The position numbers and the translations under genes are program-made. A stretch of 63,676 nt of DNA from Octopus bimaculoides (lineage: Eukaryota): positions 53,915,723-53,979,398 of the forward strand of contig NC_068992.1 in the NCBI RefSeq assembly GCF_001194135.2. Direction: 5' to 3'. Within the stretch, counting starts at the first letter, position 1. Every line of letters starts with the position of its first letter. The notes below the pieces were generated by a model. It saw only the letters and a program-made list of their open reading frames with translations, was not told where the DNA came from and did no database searches. This document shows, piece after piece, positions 26,213 through 38,741 of the stretch.

Positions 26213-26329
26213 TTTAGTGCTACTAACACTTGCCACTAGAACATAAGTATTTATCCCGTCATATACATGGCAATAATTCTGTTCTGCATATATGCCGGTT
26301 TAGCATTACATGCAAACATACGAATGTAC

Positions 26330-26335
26330 ATTCAT

Positions 26336-26374
<39 letters not shown>

Positions 26375-26541
26375 NNNNNNNNNNNNNNNNNNNNNNNNNN
26401 NNNNNNNNNNNNNNNNNNNNNNNNNNNNNNNNNNNNNNNNNNNNNNNNNNNNNNNNNNNNNNNNNNNNNNNNNNNNNNNNNNNNNNNNNNNNNNNNNNNN
26501 NNNNNNNNNNNNNNNNNNNNNNNNNNNNNNNNNNNNNNNNN
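26330..26541. other. (CA)n plus assembly gap (N 26375-26541)
   Basis: N run. Confidence 0.99.
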
Positions 26542-26780
26542 NGTTAGAGCGTCGATCGTGAGGTTGTGAGTTCAAATCCTGGACCGGGCTGCGTGTTGTC
26601 TTCTTGAGTAAGACACCTTATTTCACGTTGCTCCAATTCGCTCAGCTGTAGAAATGACTTGCGACGTCACAGGTGCCAAGCTGTATCCGGCTTTCCCTTT
26701 CCCTCGCACAATACTAGTGGCGTGGAAAGGGGACTAGTACCTGGGGTTTACTTTCTAGGTGCACTCCTATGGTCGGTCAC
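26542..26780 (+). mobile_element. SINE family C-related (tRNA head, CORE-like centre, different 3' body)
   Basis: Perfect B-box GTTCAAATCC followed by gtgttgtcttcttgagtaagacacc. Confidence 0.8.
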
Positions 26781-26834
26781 GACCGAAGTGGGTCGCAGCA
26801 TATATATATATATATGTATATATGTTATTTTATT

Positions 26835-27060
26835 TTAGTACTTGTTTCAGTCATTTGAGAGCCGCCATGCTGGACCATCGCCTTTAGTCGAACAAAGTGA
26901 CCCGAGGAGTTATTTTTTGCAAGGCTAGTATTTATTCTATTGGTCCATTTTGTCGAACCACTAATTTACGGGAAGGTAAACACAACATGGGTTAACAAGC
27001 GATGGTAGGTGGACAAACAACACAGGCACATAAATACATACATATACATACATATACATT
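26835..27060 (-). mobile_element. SINE family B, 3' body
   Basis: cttgtttcagtcatttgagagccgccatgctgg...cgcctttagtcgaac...gtaaacacaac...ggacaaaca. Confidence 0.8.
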
Positions 27061-28192
27061 GTGACCGAAAAGTAGGTTTACAATTATTCAATTAACTTTT
27101 TTTTAATTCATATATTAACAGGTTAGATTTTAATTATAAAAAACATATGAAACCGTTTTTCTATGCTAATTTCGTTAATTGTAAGATAGAAATTTAAGTG
27201 TGCTGAAATTTAAATGTAATAAATTACCCAGTAGAAATTCATGTGATATGAGAGTGGGAAATATTTATAATGCAGCTGTTGTTTAACCATTAACCATACC
27301 AAACGCGCAGACATATAATCGAAGCCATTCTCGTTGTGACCATCCAATTCCATCTTTTCTAATGCACAAGAATACGAGTGCTTGATCATGCACGATGCTT
27401 CACAGTGGGATCGAACAAAGGGCCAAGTAGATGCGAAACGAATTTAATCATTTAAGTAAAACAGCCCCTATACCCATATTAACCAGTTTTAGAATTAGTT
27501 CGAACTCGAGGCGGAAAGAAATGAGAAAAATTTATTTAACTATACCGTAAAGATTCAAAGCTACCTCATTGTTGTACATAAACTTATTATACAGCAGAAT
27601 TACACATGTCGGAAATCTCCAACCTCACCCACCAAATAACAAAAAAAAAAGGGTGAGAGCAATCCTGCTTTCCCTCGAAAAATGCTGGTCAGTCCGATTC
27701 TATTTTAGAATACGCGATACACGCACGCATCTGATCGCTGTCATACATATCTTGGCTCCATAAATTATTCCTTCAGTAAAAATATAGACATAATAAGATA
27801 TTAATATAAGAAAAGCAGTTTCTATGATGGTAAATTGCAGCTGTGCGAAATAAATAATGCAGCGTGTATGGCGTCTATTTTATGTGCGCCTAATTCACGT
27901 TGATAATAGCATAATTGAAACAAATTTTACACAATAAATCAATAAGGGAAAATGAATGATAATAAGTTCTGGAGTTCATGTGTTTTAGTAACTCCTTAAA
28001 ATTATCTTAAGTCTAACAGAAAAACTGTCGAACAACAACAGACGACCAAAAGCTCACACTAAGTAAAATAGAAAGCATATTCTCTCATTGAAGTAATCTT
28101 TGGAAGAGTTAATATGTTTGTTAAACAATCTATGTCTACATTTCGGATGAATATAGCAAATATAAATGAAAAAGAAAGACTACAATAAATTT

Positions 28193-28398
28193 TGGTTTCA
28201 AATTTAGGCACAAAAGCCGCAATTCCGAGGGCGGTGGTGAGTCGATTACATCGGACCCAGTAATCAAATAGTAATATATTTATTTTATCGATCCTCAAAG
28301 GAGGAAAGTCAAAGTCGGCCTCGGTGGAATTTGAACGCAGAACATAAAGCTACTAAGCATTTTTCCCGGTTTACTAACGATTTTGCCAGCTTGCCGCC
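28193..28398 (-). mobile_element. SINE family A (tail type i), copy 1 of triple array
   Basis: ttggtttcaaatttaggcaca...ctaacgattttgccagcttgccgcc. Confidence 0.9.
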
Positions 28399-28411
28399 TT
28401 TTAAGGCTAAT

Positions 28412-28610
28412 TATTGGTTTCAAATTTTGGCACAAGGCCAGTAATTTCTGGGACTGAGTAACTTGGTTATATCGACCGCGGTGCTCAACTGGTACTTATT
28501 TTATCGGTTCCGAAAGAACAAAAGGTAAAGCCGGTCACAGTGACGTTTAAACTCAGAAGTTAAAGACCGATGAGATTCCGCAAAGCATTTTTCCCGGAGT
28601 GCAAACGATT
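28412..28610 (-). mobile_element. SINE family A (tail type i), copy 2 of triple array
   Basis: attggtttcaaattttggcacaaggcc...cccggagtgcaaacgatt. Confidence 0.88.
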
Positions 28611-28612
28611 GT

Positions 28613-28817
28613 TTTTCTCTATCTAGGCACAAGGGCCAAAATTTAGCGGGCAGGGGTCAGTCGATTAGATAGCCTCCAGTACGACACTGGTATATAATTT
28701 ATCGACCTCGAAAAGTAAAGTCAACCTCGGTTGAATTTGAACTCAGAACATAAAGACAGACAAAATACTGCAAAGCATTTCGCCCGGCGTGCTAACGTTT
28801 CTGCCAGCTCGTCGCCC
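28613..28817 (-). mobile_element. SINE family A (tail type ii), copy 3 of triple array
   Basis: ttctctatctaggcacaagg...gcccggcgtgctaacgtttctgccagctcgtcgcc. Confidence 0.9.
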
Positions 28818-29328
28818 ATAAACAATGAATAAAAAGTAATTCTTAATTACTTTTTCTTCATCTGTTTCGTGGGGTTTTTTTTTATCCATCAGTAAAACAT
28901 GAACGTTTCATCAAAAGTGTTTGAATTAACTACGGGAATGCTAAAACAAAATAAACTTATAATATTATGCTTTTGTGAGCAGTGAAGATTTCGAGAATTT
29001 GATGGCTTTTATTTGGAAGGTGTTAACTCCTCATCTGATCAATGATACTTAAAGCAGATGGAACAGAACTTATCTTGTCAAGGCTCAAGTGTTAAACAGA
29101 ACAGCTGTGTTTATTACAAACAATCTGCGCACTTTCGCTTGAATAATTTATGACAACTATTTCCTAAATTCAAGAAGGGTGAAAAACAAAAGTCGCTGCG
29201 TTAAAATAGCAAACGGAAAGAATTGAGTTAAGTACTCAAGAAACAAACCAAAGAAACGATTTATTACAAATGCACTAAGAAATAGGCGATTTATATGACA
29301 TAAATAGCATTTTGATGATGAATATTAC

Positions 29329-29352
29329 CTTTGTCAAAAGAGGAAACACTAA
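29329..29352 (-). other. Candidate 24-nt micro-exon
   Basis: Minus strand: CTTAC branch point (A about 28 nt upstream), ttttccttttcttttcactgttttAG acceptor, TTAGTGTTTCCTCTTTTGACAAAG, then gtaata donor. Confidence 0.3.
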
Positions 29353-30342
29353 CTAAAACAGTGAAAAGAAAAGGAAAACGTAAGTCGACTGAAGTGCAGA
29401 ATATTTTACATCATTTATCTAACATCCATTCCTTTTCTAGACTAACAACTTTATAGTATCCAATCAATTTTCTTAGCAAGAACATTAATCTTCAATTTTT
29501 ACTCCTATTTCTGCATTCTTTTCTGCACGCTGTAACGAACAACCATGTTATTTCTGTGACTAATGCCTACAGACATTTTACATCAATCTTCTCAGTGTTT
29601 ACACCTAATGTTTCACGGAGAAATTTTAAGCATTTTGGTTATAAGTGTAAAAAGAGGTTGTTATGGAAAAGATATCCAAGGACAAAATAATAGATTTACT
29701 AACCGGAAAGACATGCTAGTTGTAGGGCATTGCAGTATTTTGTTTTATGAAATTATTCCTTGGGTAAAATTGTTTTGAAGAGATATTCAAAACTAATGCC
29801 AAAATAGTGACAGTAACAATATTAGTAATGAAGATGACGAATAAGAGAAGAAGAATGAGACACAGACGAAATAAAAGTAGAACAGAAGTATAATGATAAA
29901 AGAATAATTATAGTAATTCAGAAGCAGAGATTTTAAGAATTAGAAAACACTGAATATGATGTTACAGTATTAATAATTTATCAAATAGCATTATCGCAAA
30001 CATTCTAACAAACTGAGGATGACCGTTAAAGAAAATAATTTGCCAAGAAATTCGTAAGATGGCTTAAATGTCTTAACCGCAAATAAACAAATTCGACCAC
30101 AGCTTAGTGTCCAAGTGTCGTTTTAATTCTTGATAGTAAGATTCTTAACATGTCCATAAAGCATTAATTAGTGATTTATTAATTATCTTCATACAAACAA
30201 GCTTTAGATCACGTCTAATGTTATGATACAAAACTTCGCCGTATAAAGTGTTTCTATACAGAGTTAGACCATTAGTTCGATATCTATGTAGAAAATTTTG
30301 TTATTACCAAATTCTTGTTTGATAATTGGTAATGTTTCTAAT

Positions 30343-30551
30343 GCGGTGAGCTGGCAGATGTCTTAGCACATTAGGCGAAATGCTTAGCGATATTTCGTAT
30401 TTCTATACGTTCTGAGTTCAAATTCCGCCGAGGTCGACTTCCGGCCTTTCGGGGTCGATAAATTAAGTACCAATTGCATACTCGGGTCGATCTAAGCAAT
30501 TATCCTTCCCCACAAAAATTTCTGGTCTTGTACCCAGAGTACAAAAGAATA
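30343..30551 (+). mobile_element. SINE family A (tail type ii), full length
   Basis: gcggtgagctggcag head, gagttcaaattccgccgaggtcgac, cctttcggggtcgataaattaagtacc. Confidence 0.92.
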
Positions 30552-30564
30552 TAGATAAATATTT

Positions 30565-30570
30565 GTATGC

Positions 30571-30612
<42 letters not shown>

Positions 30613-31533
30613 ATACACACACATACATACCTACCTACATATATATATACATATACATATATATATATATATATANNNNNNNNNNNNNNNNNNNNNNNNN
30701 NNNNNNNNNNNNNNNNNNNNNNNNNNNNNNNNNNNNNNNNNNNNNNNNNNNNNNNNNNNNNNNNNNNNNNNNNNNNNNNNNNNNNNNNNNNNNNNNNNNN
30801 NNNNNNNNNNNNNNNNNNNNNNNNNNNNNNNNNNNNNNNNNNNNNNNNNNNNNNNNNNNNNNNNNNNNNNNNNNNNNNNNNNNNNNNNNNNNNNNNNNNN
30901 NNNNNNNNNNNNNNNNNNNNNNNNNNNNNNNNNNNNNNNNNNNNNNNNNNNNNNNNNNNNNNNNNNNNNNNNNNNNNNNNNNNNNNNNNNNNNNNNNNNN
31001 NNNNNNNNNNNNNNNNNNNNNNNNNNNNNNNNNNNNNNNNNNNNNNNNNNNNNNNNNNNNNNNNNNNNNNNNNNNNNNNNNNNNNNNNNNNNNNNNNNNN
31101 NNNNNNNNNNNNNNNNNNNNNNNNNNNNNNNNNNNNNNNNNNNNNNNNNNNNNNNNNNNNNNNNNNNNNNNNNNNNNNNNNNNNNNNNNNNNNNNNNNNN
31201 NNNNNNNNNNNNNNNNNNNNNNNNNNNNNNNNNNNNNNNNNNNNNNNNNNNNNNNNNNNNNNNNNNNNNNNNNNNNNNNNNNNNNNNNNNNNNNNNNNNN
31301 NNNNNNNNNNNNNNNNNNNNNNNNNNNNNNNNNNNNNNNNNNNNNNNNNNNNNNNNNNNNNNNNNNNNNNNNNNNNNNNNNNNNNNNNNNNNNNNNNNNN
31401 NNNNNNNNNNNNNNNNNNNNNNNNNNNNNNNNNNNNNNNNNNNNNNNNNNNNNNNNNNNNNNNNNNNNNNNNNNNNNNNNNNNNNNNNNNNNNNNNNNNN
31501 NNNNNNNNNNNNNNNNNNNNNNNNNNNNNNNNN

Positions 31534-31572
<39 letters not shown>

Positions 31573-31747
31573 GATGTATATATGTATATTTACCTATATG
31601 CCAATATATATAGCTAGATATATGTGTTGGATACATGTTTGTCTATACACACACACACACACACATAACACATATATGTGCATATATACGTGTATATACA
31701 TGTGCACGTATGTATGTATGTATGTATGTATGTATGTATGTATGTAT
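30565..31747. other. Assembly gap (N about 30676-31533) with TA/TG/GA/TATG flanks
   Basis: N run. Confidence 0.99.
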
Positions 31748-32359
31748 GGCAGTCTGTTCTTTACTCGTTGTTCTCTTTGGTACAAATTTTAACCCATTTT
31801 CTTTCTCAACTTCTCAATGTCTAACTCGATATTCAAGGTAGACTTGGAAAGCAATTACTGGAAGTTCGTTTGTTTTGTTTACTGTGAACTAGAGAATGGT
31901 AACGTTTCTCACTAAATCTGGTTAAACGTGCCTCTTCAGAGCTTTGTCTTTCTACGTTTATAACGCAAATATTTAGCGTATACGTACACGTTTATATAGA
32001 TGTAAGTGCATGTGAGTCTTGCATTCATGTCTCTTATGCATACATTTATAAAAATTAAGGTAGGTATTCATGTATATAATTATATAAGGGGGAAATGCTT
32101 CATATGCAGTGTATAATGTTGCCTTTCTTAATTTATTAATTCTACATATACGTTCGTATTTTCTTAATTATTTTTACATTTCAATCGAAACAAGCTCATT
32201 AATCGTATAGCTTACACACTCACATACACACACATATAGATAGAGATAAGCATAGAGATATATGCGTATTAGTTTATACGTGTGTGTGTCGATATACCTG
32301 TATTATACAAATATGAAAATATGTATGCCAATTTACATATTTGAATATATAGAATATAC

Positions 32360-32437
32360 ATGTGTATATATGTGTATATAGACTCACAGACACATACACT
32401 CACACACAGACACATATATATGTGTGTATATATATAC

Positions 32438-32476
<39 letters not shown>

Positions 32477-32486
32477 NNNNNNNNNN

Positions 32487-32517
<31 letters not shown>
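32360..32517. repeat. (TA)n/(CA)n with a 10-N gap
   Basis: Direct inspection. Confidence 0.95.
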
Positions 32518-32520
<3 letters not shown>

Positions 32521-33469
32521 CTTGCCTGTTTTATGATATTTAGAAAAGAATTATTATTATATATTTTTATTTTAATATTCTGTACGGTATTATTTGATAT
32601 TTACTATACTAATATTGCATAAACTAATGCAAATATCTGATATTCGATATTTAAGAGGAATGTTGATAACTGATATACAATATTTGATAGAAGCATATTT
32701 ATTTTTATTTCGTAATGTTCTATTTGGATATTTTTAATAAATGGTATTTGGAAAAACGAATGTTCATATCTGATATCGAATATTTGGCAAAGGAAGTTTC
32801 TATCTATGACAAATTATATTTTCCAGCGGATGTGTTGATGTTTTATATAAATTTAGCAATGAAAAATCTGAAATTCAATAAGAAATATAGCTAAATTTTC
32901 ATATCTAATATTTATTACTTAGTGATTTCGCAACATACTTCAAATATAATCCCCTATAGAAGATAGCAATAGAGTTACAATATTATGTTAGTGATCTGCA
33001 TTTTATTTATTTAATATTTGTTATAACATATAAAACTAATGATTAATCTAAAGTATTAGACCATAGAAATGTTTAGAAATGGAGAAAAAAGTCTTTTACT
33101 CATTTACTGGTTTTAGATGGCGTATAGCTAAATTTTTTGAAACGTAGGTCGAAATGGCGGAACTCTGTTGGGAATAGATAATCTAAGTATGCTGTTGTAT
33201 ATTTGCTCCTCAGCAGGAGAAGATAATGCTTGTTTATTTATTGAGAGAAATAAAATATATATTTACCAATCACATCCCTTCGTTATTTAACTGGAAAGTA
33301 TACAGAACTGTTGAAAATTCTGGAATCTATAACTTCATTCACGACATAAAATGTCTCAATACCAACCAAACACATGCTGCACAAGTGCATCGAAGTGTAT
33401 GTAGTATGTATATTCTTATTATCAACTGCACTCGAACATTTAATAAGTATGTACAAAGTTTGGAGAGAA

Positions 33470-33651
33470 AAACACGTCAGTCTCAAGGCTATTAGTTTTG
33501 AAAGTAGGGGATCAGTCACTTACATTGCGATGAAAACAAATTTGTCTTTGGCGGGAATTAAACTTAGCATATATAAAGCTGGAACAAATGCTAAAAGGCG
33601 GTTTTTTATGGGGTTTTTTTGTGAAACTAAGAATTCTGCCAACTTACCCGC
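33470..33651 (-). mobile_element. Degenerate SINE family A copy (first of tandem pair)
   Basis: ttggcgggaattaaacttag...ctaagaattctgccaacttacccgc corresponds to the SINE head in reverse. Confidence 0.65.
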
Positions 33652-33653
33652 AA

Positions 33654-33810
33654 AATAATCATTTCCAGTATAAGCACGAGTCCTGAAATTCTGGGGAAAT
33701 GAGTACTTAATTGATACTTATCTAATCGATTTAGATAGGATGGAAGGCAAAGTCTACTTGGGCGGAATCTGAACACAAAATCTAAAAGTCAACGAAATGT
33801 TGCTGGCAAG
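33654..33810 (-). mobile_element. SINE family A (tail type ii), second of tandem pair
   Basis: aataatcatttccagtataagcac...ggatggaaggcaaagtctacttgggcggaatctgaac. Confidence 0.8.
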
Positions 33811-34344
33811 GGAAAAAAAACGATATAAGACCAGTATTATCAATATAATACAATAATGGGAACAACAATAACAATAATAACAATAACATTTACATATTAT
33901 TAATAATAATGAGATTATAAAAGCCCTGGAGTGAATGACAAAAATAAGGGACATAATGACAATGAACAGCTCCAGACTGAATAGCATCAACTGTGCTGGA
34001 ACATAACAGACAGAAACAAAACGAAAATCAAAACAAAAAAATGCAATAACATTACCGTCTCGAGCGAAGTGCATAATTATCCAGCCAAGTAAATGACTAT
34101 GTTATTCGTATCTTAATTAAATATAATTAATTCATGCTTGATGTTTTCTTTTTACTGTTTTTCTGATTATACACAAAATTTACTGTTTACAGTAATATCA
34201 ATATATGATGTCAATATATGTTGATATCAAACAAGAACGTGATACAAAGGAAACAAAAGCAACACAGAATAACATATCAACCGTGCCCCACTATACATAC
34301 ATCAACAACTAGTATACAGTAAGGAACCATTATGTGGGTGTTTT

Positions 34345-34690
34345 GATGAGCTAGAAATAGTAGCCACATTTCAGTCAAATCACAACTCAACTTTTTATAA
34401 AATAATAGGGAATGATACGTTGTATAACGTAGCCCTAGACAGTCCCTAAAACAACAGGTTAATCGTGGCTGGCGTACCTTTAATTAATGCTCTGCTGTAT
34501 CACACCGTTCCAATGACGTGATATCTATGTGCGTGCAAGAAATAGCAGCGAAATATCTCTAAAAACAATTCTTGGTTTTTAAAAAAAGCAACAAATTGGA
34601 TAATATAGTCTTAGATCCCCAAGGTCTAAAACCTGGATGAGATATTAACGACTAAAACACCATCGGTCATATATTTTGTAGATCAGTGCA
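34345..34690 (+). mobile_element. Two tandem degenerate SINE family D copies
   Basis: gctagaaatagtagccac (34350) and gcaagaaatagcagcgaaat (34535), each followed by t-ataa-gtag-c-tag. Confidence 0.55.
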
Positions 34691-34979
34691 TATCTGTAGT
34701 GAATCAACTGCAGAAGAGAAAACGCAGGATTTATGAGGTATGTCAGAGTTTGATTTTAATGTGATCGTACTTTGAGATATATTTAACATAAATACCAGCC
34801 TTGGCAATTCTTTGAAAGATTTCATCTCTGTCAAGACGGCCATTTTACTACCACCTGAACTTATGAAAATAAGCCAACTTAAAAACGAAACTTGGGTGAA
34901 AAAAACATATTTTACAGCGCTACGAAAGTATAATCAGAATTTAGTAACAATATCGTGTTGGTCTTTAGTCTAACATATT

Positions 34980-35260
34980 ACAGAATGATTTCTCTAACAC
35001 AGTTAAAGCATATAGGCCAACATTACACTCGGGAGGAGATCGATAAGTTATCTAAATATAAAAGAACTCGAAGTGGGAATAGGCGAGATATTGAGTGTGA
35101 CAGTAAAATGGTAATAAAATAACTACAGCCAAGGTACGATAGAAAAGGAAAGAACGCGATAACAAATCCTCCATATTTAGACGTAAAAATCTTCTGACAA
35201 CTTCAAAAATATCTTATCATGCACAGAACGCACTCTACAAAAAAACGTACTTAATTCAAT
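34980..35260 (+). mobile_element. R4/Dong-type LINE 3' (RLE C-terminal) relic
   Basis: EIDKLSKYK(x)ELEV and later LQKI..LSCTERTLQK, matching the KEIEKLSKYKDLEIE..LQKI.L.GTAHIL pattern. Confidence 0.55.
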
Positions 35261-35774
35261 ATAAAATACTTCCATGCTGCACATATTATACGCCATCTTT
35301 TCTTGACGCAATGAAACACTAAAATAACAGAACAAGAAACAACATTCCCCGTTACAAAAAAAATATCCGACATCACAGCAAATTGAATGTAACACCTTCC
35401 CACTTTACGAAAGGACAGACAATATTACACACTTCCGAATATAGAGTTGCACCTGGTGATGCATTGAAGAGAAAAAAAATACTCGCAGGAATCTACAGAA
35501 AACTTAATTTTAAAATCTTCAGAAAATTTCATAAAAAGAAGCCAAGACGTAAAGTATAACCTTTTCACCCATTGATAACGTACTTTATATATAAGGTGAA
35601 ACTTTCTATACATTGCATATTGATAAAATAGCTTATTTCAAAAGTAACAAAAATCTCGGTAGACATTTCCTCAGAGGAACTAAGAGTTGATATGAAATGT
35701 ATCAAGTTTGTCAAAAACTATATGAGAAAATTTATAAGTTATCAATTGTTGAGAAAATAAATGTAGATATTAGA

Positions 35775-36158
35775 TATATGTGTGTACGTGTGTGTTTGTA
35801 TGTATCTACATATATATACACACACATATATATATATACACACATATATATATATATANNNNNNNNNNNNNNNNNNNNNNNNNNNNNNNNNNNNNNNNNN
35901 NNNNNNNNNNNNNNNNNNNNNNNNNNNNNNNNNNNNNNNNNNNNNNNNNNNNNNNNNNNNNNNNNNNNNNNNNNNNNNNNNNNNNNNNNNNNNNNNNNNN
36001 NNNNNNNNNNNNNNNNNNNNNNNNNNNNNNNNNNNNNNNNNNNNNNNNNNNNNNNNNNNNNNNNNNNNNNNNNNNNNNNNNNNNNNNNNNNNNNNNNNNN
36101 NNNNNNNNNNNNNNNNNNNNNNNNNNNNNNNNNNNNNNNNNNNNNNNNNNNNTATATA
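35775..36158. other. Assembly gap (N 35859-36152) with TA/CA flanks
   Basis: N run. Confidence 0.99.
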
Positions 36159-38120
36159 AGAACAGAGAGAATTTATCTGGGGTACTAGTCGGGCTTCTGC
36201 AAACTGGACAACTTCATGAAAAGTCCAACTGCTAGTTTCACAAAAACGAATTGGAGTTGAGGTCAAATTGAGGTTAACTTGAAATTTTCCCATGTATTTA
36301 AATACATGACTGATACAATGTGTCAGAATCCGGTGAAACTTCGTGCGAATTCATATCTTCTATATTTAGGTACATTACAAAATACATCAACAGACGAAGG
36401 CACAGCTGTATTCAAAGCTATCTATGTATCATTTTTCAAGAAATTCTTATATCAAGAAATTCTACAAATACATTAAAGTTGATAAGAGGGATATATGTAA
36501 GCCTAGCATGCATAAATTATGATAATTGTGTCATATTGCGAATGCACCAAACCGGACAGAAGCCAAGGGCCAAGTCTTTCGGCTGTTAAACCTGATGGAA
36601 AGAGTAGCGAAATATACCACACATCATCATACCATAAGGCACTATTAACAAAAAGAAAAACGCAGTTGATATTGATACCTCAGATTCCATTTGACGATGA
36701 GAATGTTGAAATGGTCACGCTTGATACACCTTTCATTATAAAGTCTTCACGAAAGGGAGACCTGAGGTCTAGCAACAAAAACAATTACAATTTATTATCA
36801 GAGCGTCTCTATTATGCTCTCCAAAGTAATAAAAAAACGTGCATATTTAGAGTGAATGAAAGAGCGATAACTCCTTTTCTACCGTCATTCCTAGAAAAAC
36901 CTCTAAATGGTACAAAATCATTTCTCAATCATGTCGCAGGAAGATAATTGTAATAATTCAGTAGTAAGCTTTACTAAGATACAACCGTAGGATGAATAGA
37001 CCAACGTCTGTGATGACAGTAGCGTTAAACTTTATCAGCCGCATTTCCTCAGGACAACATCAGTGGCCTTGAAGGAGCGAGTTTTTCATGCATTGACAAT
37101 TGTCAGATTTTCAAGGCCCGTAAATTAAATTCTTAACACTCTAAAACAGCACGTGTCTAATGATCATTGAACATTAAATATTTTCGGAAAGAAATCTGTT
37201 ATCACTTGAATACGACAAAGGAGCTTGATATTGTATGGTAATAAATACAGACCTTGCCGGCATAAAATCTGGAGGAGATTTGAAAGGAGTATTATTTCTA
37301 GATAATCCCGCAAGAAGGCAAAAAATTAAACGAGAAAAGGCAAAGTAAAAATAGTTCCAGGAATTTCAAATAATGAATTCGTAATCGGAATGAAAATTCT
37401 GCAAGTATACAAAACGGATTTAGTGAAAGCCATAAATTGAAGAGTAGTTCAGTTACATAAGCAGTTATAGAAATGTTGGTTGGAACATTTAACGACAACC
37501 CTATACAGGAATCTCTTGCTTGACAGACAAACAATTGACGTTATGCAGAAGAAAAGAGGGAAAAGCATCAAGTGAATATAAGCTTAATATAAGGGAACAA
37601 AAGTTAGAGTGACATGTTACATAGCAATGGGAAAGTGTGAATGTATAAATACTGCAGGGAAGAAAGGGAAGAGATCAGGTAATAATACTGTTCTATTAAA
37701 GGAGAAGCTTCAGAGAAGAAGTACACTTTGTTGATAATCAGAATGAACGGAGAAGAAATTAATGAGTCATGGAGAGAAATATGATGGAGCCTAAAAATGA
37801 AATTACAAAACGAGTCAGAAAGAATTGAAGTCTCAACAGTATAAAGATAAAATTCTATAGAGTGGAATATTTAAGAACTTAGATAAAAAAAAAAACTATG
37901 GTTGGTTTAACTGCAATTTAGATTTTTCATTAACTAAAAGGAATAGAAGTGCCATCAACCTTGTAAAAGCTATGGGAAGAAAGGAGAGAAAGGTTTCACC
38001 ACCTGCTGATGTGATGGAAAGCACCTTCAAGGAATGGAATCTAAAATACGTACCATATATTAAGAGTTTTCAGTAGTGTGCCTGTAAACAAACTCATTCT
38101 TGGCTGCTACTAAATAAGGA

Positions 38121-38330
38121 ATTGTTTCTAATTTAAGAACGAGGTCAATAATTTTGCGGGTAGTATTTTAGTCGATAAAATAGCCCCCAGGAATTAACTG
38201 GTGCGTTCTTTTATCGACGTAAGTGGGAGGCAAGGCGAAGCTGACCTCGATAGAACTTGAATCAGAACATAAAGAACTGTAATAAGTACAGGAAGACATT
38301 CAGTTCTCTAAGATTCTGTCAACCCACCGA
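38121..38330 (-). mobile_element. Degenerate SINE family A (tail type i)
   Basis: attgtttctaattt...ttttatcgac...gctgacctcgatagaacttgaatcagaacataaag...agattctgtcaacccaccg. Confidence 0.75.
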
Positions 38331-38521
38331 TCTTCTACGTATGATAAGAACAGAACAAAATAAATCCTACATATCCTAAGAGATTGACATGAAATTTTTC
38401 ATGTGCATTATTCAAACAACAAGCCACAACTGACTCCTTTTCTGGTTATCTATTCCTTGAAAATGTTAACTATAACGAAATGCATTGCGATTTCTCACTC
38501 CGCATACCCACACACACACAC

Positions 38522-38707
38522 GTTAGTTTCAAATTTTGGCACAAGGTCACTAATTTCGAGAGTAGGAGGTTAGTCGATTATATTGACCCTGTGACTCAAC
38601 TGATGCTTATTTTATAAACCGTGAAAGGAAAAAAGACAAAGTCGACCTCCGTTCATGTTAAACTAAGAAGGTAAAGACGGACAAACTAGCGTTAAGAACT
38701 TTGCCGT
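38522..38707 (-). mobile_element. SINE family A (tail type i)
   Basis: gtttcaaattttggcacaagg...acaaagtcgacctc...gtaaagacggac. Confidence 0.85.
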
Positions 38708-38709
38708 TT

Positions 38710-38741
<32 letters not shown>

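Noticed and set aside
28193-28817. Repeat-spacer appearance suggesting a CRISPR-like array
   Set aside because: Units are about 200-bp diverged SINE copies in eukaryotic DNA, with no short conserved direct repeat and no cas genes
37300-38060. Purine-skewed stretch as a LINE endonuclease relic
   Set aside because: No diagnostic motif could be read in any frame
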